This document shows, one piece after another, positions 61,681 through 64,000 of a DNA stretch of 64,000 bases. The position numbers and the translations under genes are program-made. The notes beneath the pieces were generated by a model. The model had not been told where the DNA came from and ran no database searches. It worked only from the letters and a program-made list of their open reading frames with translations. The DNA is taken from NCBI RefSeq assembly GCF_963921235.1, contig NC_086108.1, forward strand, positions 56,670,001-56,734,000, written 5' to 3'. Origin of the DNA: Mobula hypostoma (taxonomy: Eukaryota). Position 1 is the stretch's first letter; every line of letters begins with the position of its first letter.

Positions 61681-62199
61681 CTAGAATTCAAAGGAAAAAA
61701 ATTACGAGAATTTTAATGACATTGGCCTAGGTTTGTTTATTTCTTAGAAGTTGGATACCCTAAAGCAGCTTGTATTTTAGAAGTCACTTAAAATATACTT
61801 TATTGTTGCCAAACAATTGATACTAGAACGTACAATTATCACAGCGATATTTGATTCTGCGCTTCCCGCTCCCTGGATTACAAATCGATAGTAAATATTA
61901 AAAATTTAAATTATAAATCATAAATAGAAAACAGAAAAATAGAAAAATGGAAAGTAAGGTAATGCAAAAAAACCAAGAGGCAGGTCCGGATATTTGGAGG
62001 GTACGGCCCCGATCTGAGTCAGGATCCATTCGGCAGTCTTATCTGCTTCATTATTACTGCTTTATGTTTCTATTTTCCTGACTTCTTTATGTATTATGAG
62101 CATGTTCATGTTTCCACAGCATGCTTTTGTTTTCTCATTGCTTCACTGGAATAATTTTTAATTTCATCAAATGTTGCTGCTTTCGAGTCAGTCATACAG

Positions 62200-62460
62200 C
62201 ACTGTAACTTATTTATTTATTTCTATTTAGAGATACAGCACAGCTATTGATCCTTCCAGCTCAACGAGCTCATGTCACCCAGTTACACCCATGTTACCAA
62301 TTAATTAACTAACTTGAATATCTTCAGAATGTGGGAGTAAACCAGAGCACCCGGGTGAAAGCCATGCGGTCAGAGGGAGAAAGTACAAACTCCTTACAGA
62401 CAGTAGTGGAACTGAATCCTGGTCTCTGGCGCTGCAATAGCGTTATGGCTACTGCTTTCC
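62200..62460 (-). mobile_element. V-SINE (HE1-like)
   Basis: gaatgtgggag.aaaccagagcacccgg...gtacaaactccttacagacag, as in the 7600 copy. Confidence 0.7.
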
Positions 62461-63789
62461 TCCCATAAAGTTCTTCGCTGCCATTGGGGTTTGTTTATTT
62501 TCCACTTTGGAGGAAATGAATGAATGATAATGCAAGTTAATACCTATTTTACGATATTTGTTATTTTCCTGTATGAAGATTTACAAGTACGCCATTAACA
62601 TACATTGCAGAGAACTGGCTCTACATCTCAAAAGAAATTAGAGCTTAAAGGATAGATTTGCAGATGAAATATTATGGAATGCAAAGTCTTTTATAAATAT
62701 TAAAAATAGTGAAAAATTCTGGTGTCCAAAAAGGTGATCTTCACCTGATATGGCTGCGATAGTAAATATGTACTTTGAATTTGTATTCAGCAAAAAGGAG
62801 AAGGTGAATGACAGATTAAAGGAGAAGATAGCAGAGAAATAGCATTAGATTTAAGTAGATGAAGAGGATTAAAAGGTTAGCAGTGCTCTAAGTAAAGCAG
62901 TTAACCAAATGGAGAAACTGCAGAGGTTCTGACCATTGTTAACTCTTCTTCAAAAAGCCGAATGAGATCACCTGCCAATTACAGGCCTATCAGTTGGTTT
63001 GGGGAAACGTTCAGAAACATGAAATCATTTTTCTTTAAATGGATATTAGAAGGTAGCTAGCAAGAAATTATAAAATCAAATTACTAAAACACCATTTGCT
63101 TAAGTAGCATTTAACATAAATTAATATAATATGATTGATGTTATGTTATGTGCAGTTCCAAATTATTGTGAAGTACCACCTAACAGTTGTTAGCAAAATT
63201 GTTATCCATGGGATTTAAAATGAAATGGATGAATAGATATTACATTAGCTATGAGAATATTGGGTTTGGAAATTCAATTATGCGATGCATGTATTTTAAT
63301 TGCTACACGACTCAGTGACCCAAATAGTTTTAAGTCTGCTTTGATGCCTGAAGGAATTGCAATGTAAAATCAATTGTGAATTGATACCTCATAAAAGCAA
63401 AATGTATTATACAACTCTCAACGACATGTTTTCTTGTCTACTCAAGCATATCATACCTGTCCTCTTATGACCAAGGAAAGTTCCATTCCATTAAGCTCAA
63501 GGAATACACGGATATGTCCTCAGCATCATTTGGACCAGACATCAGGATCATTATACAGTACAGTATCCAACTGGGTTTTCGTCACTCTGGCAGCATCCTT
63601 GCACAGTTGCTTAATGTCATCGTGTAGGGGCCTAGGATCCACTGGGAGAACTTTACATTATCATCAGCTCTCTACGAAACAAGCATCTGGACAGTCTGCT
63701 CATTACGGCTGGAGACTTCAATCATGTTAACCTACAGGACATTTTACCCAAATCCACCAAAATGGCACCAAGGCCTTTACGGGAACAAA

Positions 63790-64000
63790 CAAGCTGTTCC
63801 ATGTTTACAGACGTAGTACTTACAAAGCCATCCCATGCCCTTTATCTTGGCCACTCTGACCACAACTACATAAAGTTAATTCCAGCATACAGACCACTGC
63901 TGAAAATGGAGAAACCAGTCAACAGGACCATCACTGTATGGCCTAACGAGGCAAACTCTATGCTTCAGAACTGTTTTTAATGGACCATCTGGTAGATGTT
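63790..64000 (+). mobile_element. Rex1/Babar-like LINE fragment (end of endonuclease), running off the window
   Basis: LGHSDHNYIKLIPAYRPLLK...WP...LQNCF. Confidence 0.7.

Noticed and set aside
63434..63730. ORF with a mildly hydrophobic stretch (NWVFVTLAASL) as the transmembrane exon
   Set aside because: The hydrophobic run is too short, splice sites are unconvincing, and the second half of D6 was not found before it.
420..63980. Remaining short six-frame ORFs as independent genes
   Set aside because: They are antisense or off-frame readings of repeats, or chance ORFs with no recognisable domains or splice structure.

Overview
Eukaryotic, repeat-rich vertebrate DNA. The repeat content (V-SINEs, CR1, Rex1-like LINEs, Penelope, Tc1) suggests a cartilaginous fish, probably a ray; this is inference. 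The window holds the 5' part of one spliced + strand gene for a class I (gp130-family) cytokine receptor. I traced 11 coding exons (10699-54363) by hand. All have AG/GT boundaries and compatible phases, and they join into an uninterrupted 583-codon frame: signal peptide, Ig-like D1, cytokine-binding D2-D3, FNIII D4-D5 and half of D6. The transmembrane and cytoplasmic exons were not found and probably lie beyond the window. D1-D3 look like IL23R, including loss of the second Cys pair in D2, yet the gene keeps the membrane-proximal FNIII stalk that mammalian IL23R lacks; the WSXWS motif reads SSEWS. A TE-poor upstream region carries a RORE, an NF-kB site overlapping an AP-1/IRF composite element, an ETS site and a STAT (GAS) site. 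The introns contain many nested mobile elements. One is a TSD-flanked Penelope insertion forming a ~634-bp inverted repeat, with a minimal hammerhead ribozyme intact in the sense arm and point-mutated in the antisense arm. Family comparisons come from recalled sequences, not database searches.
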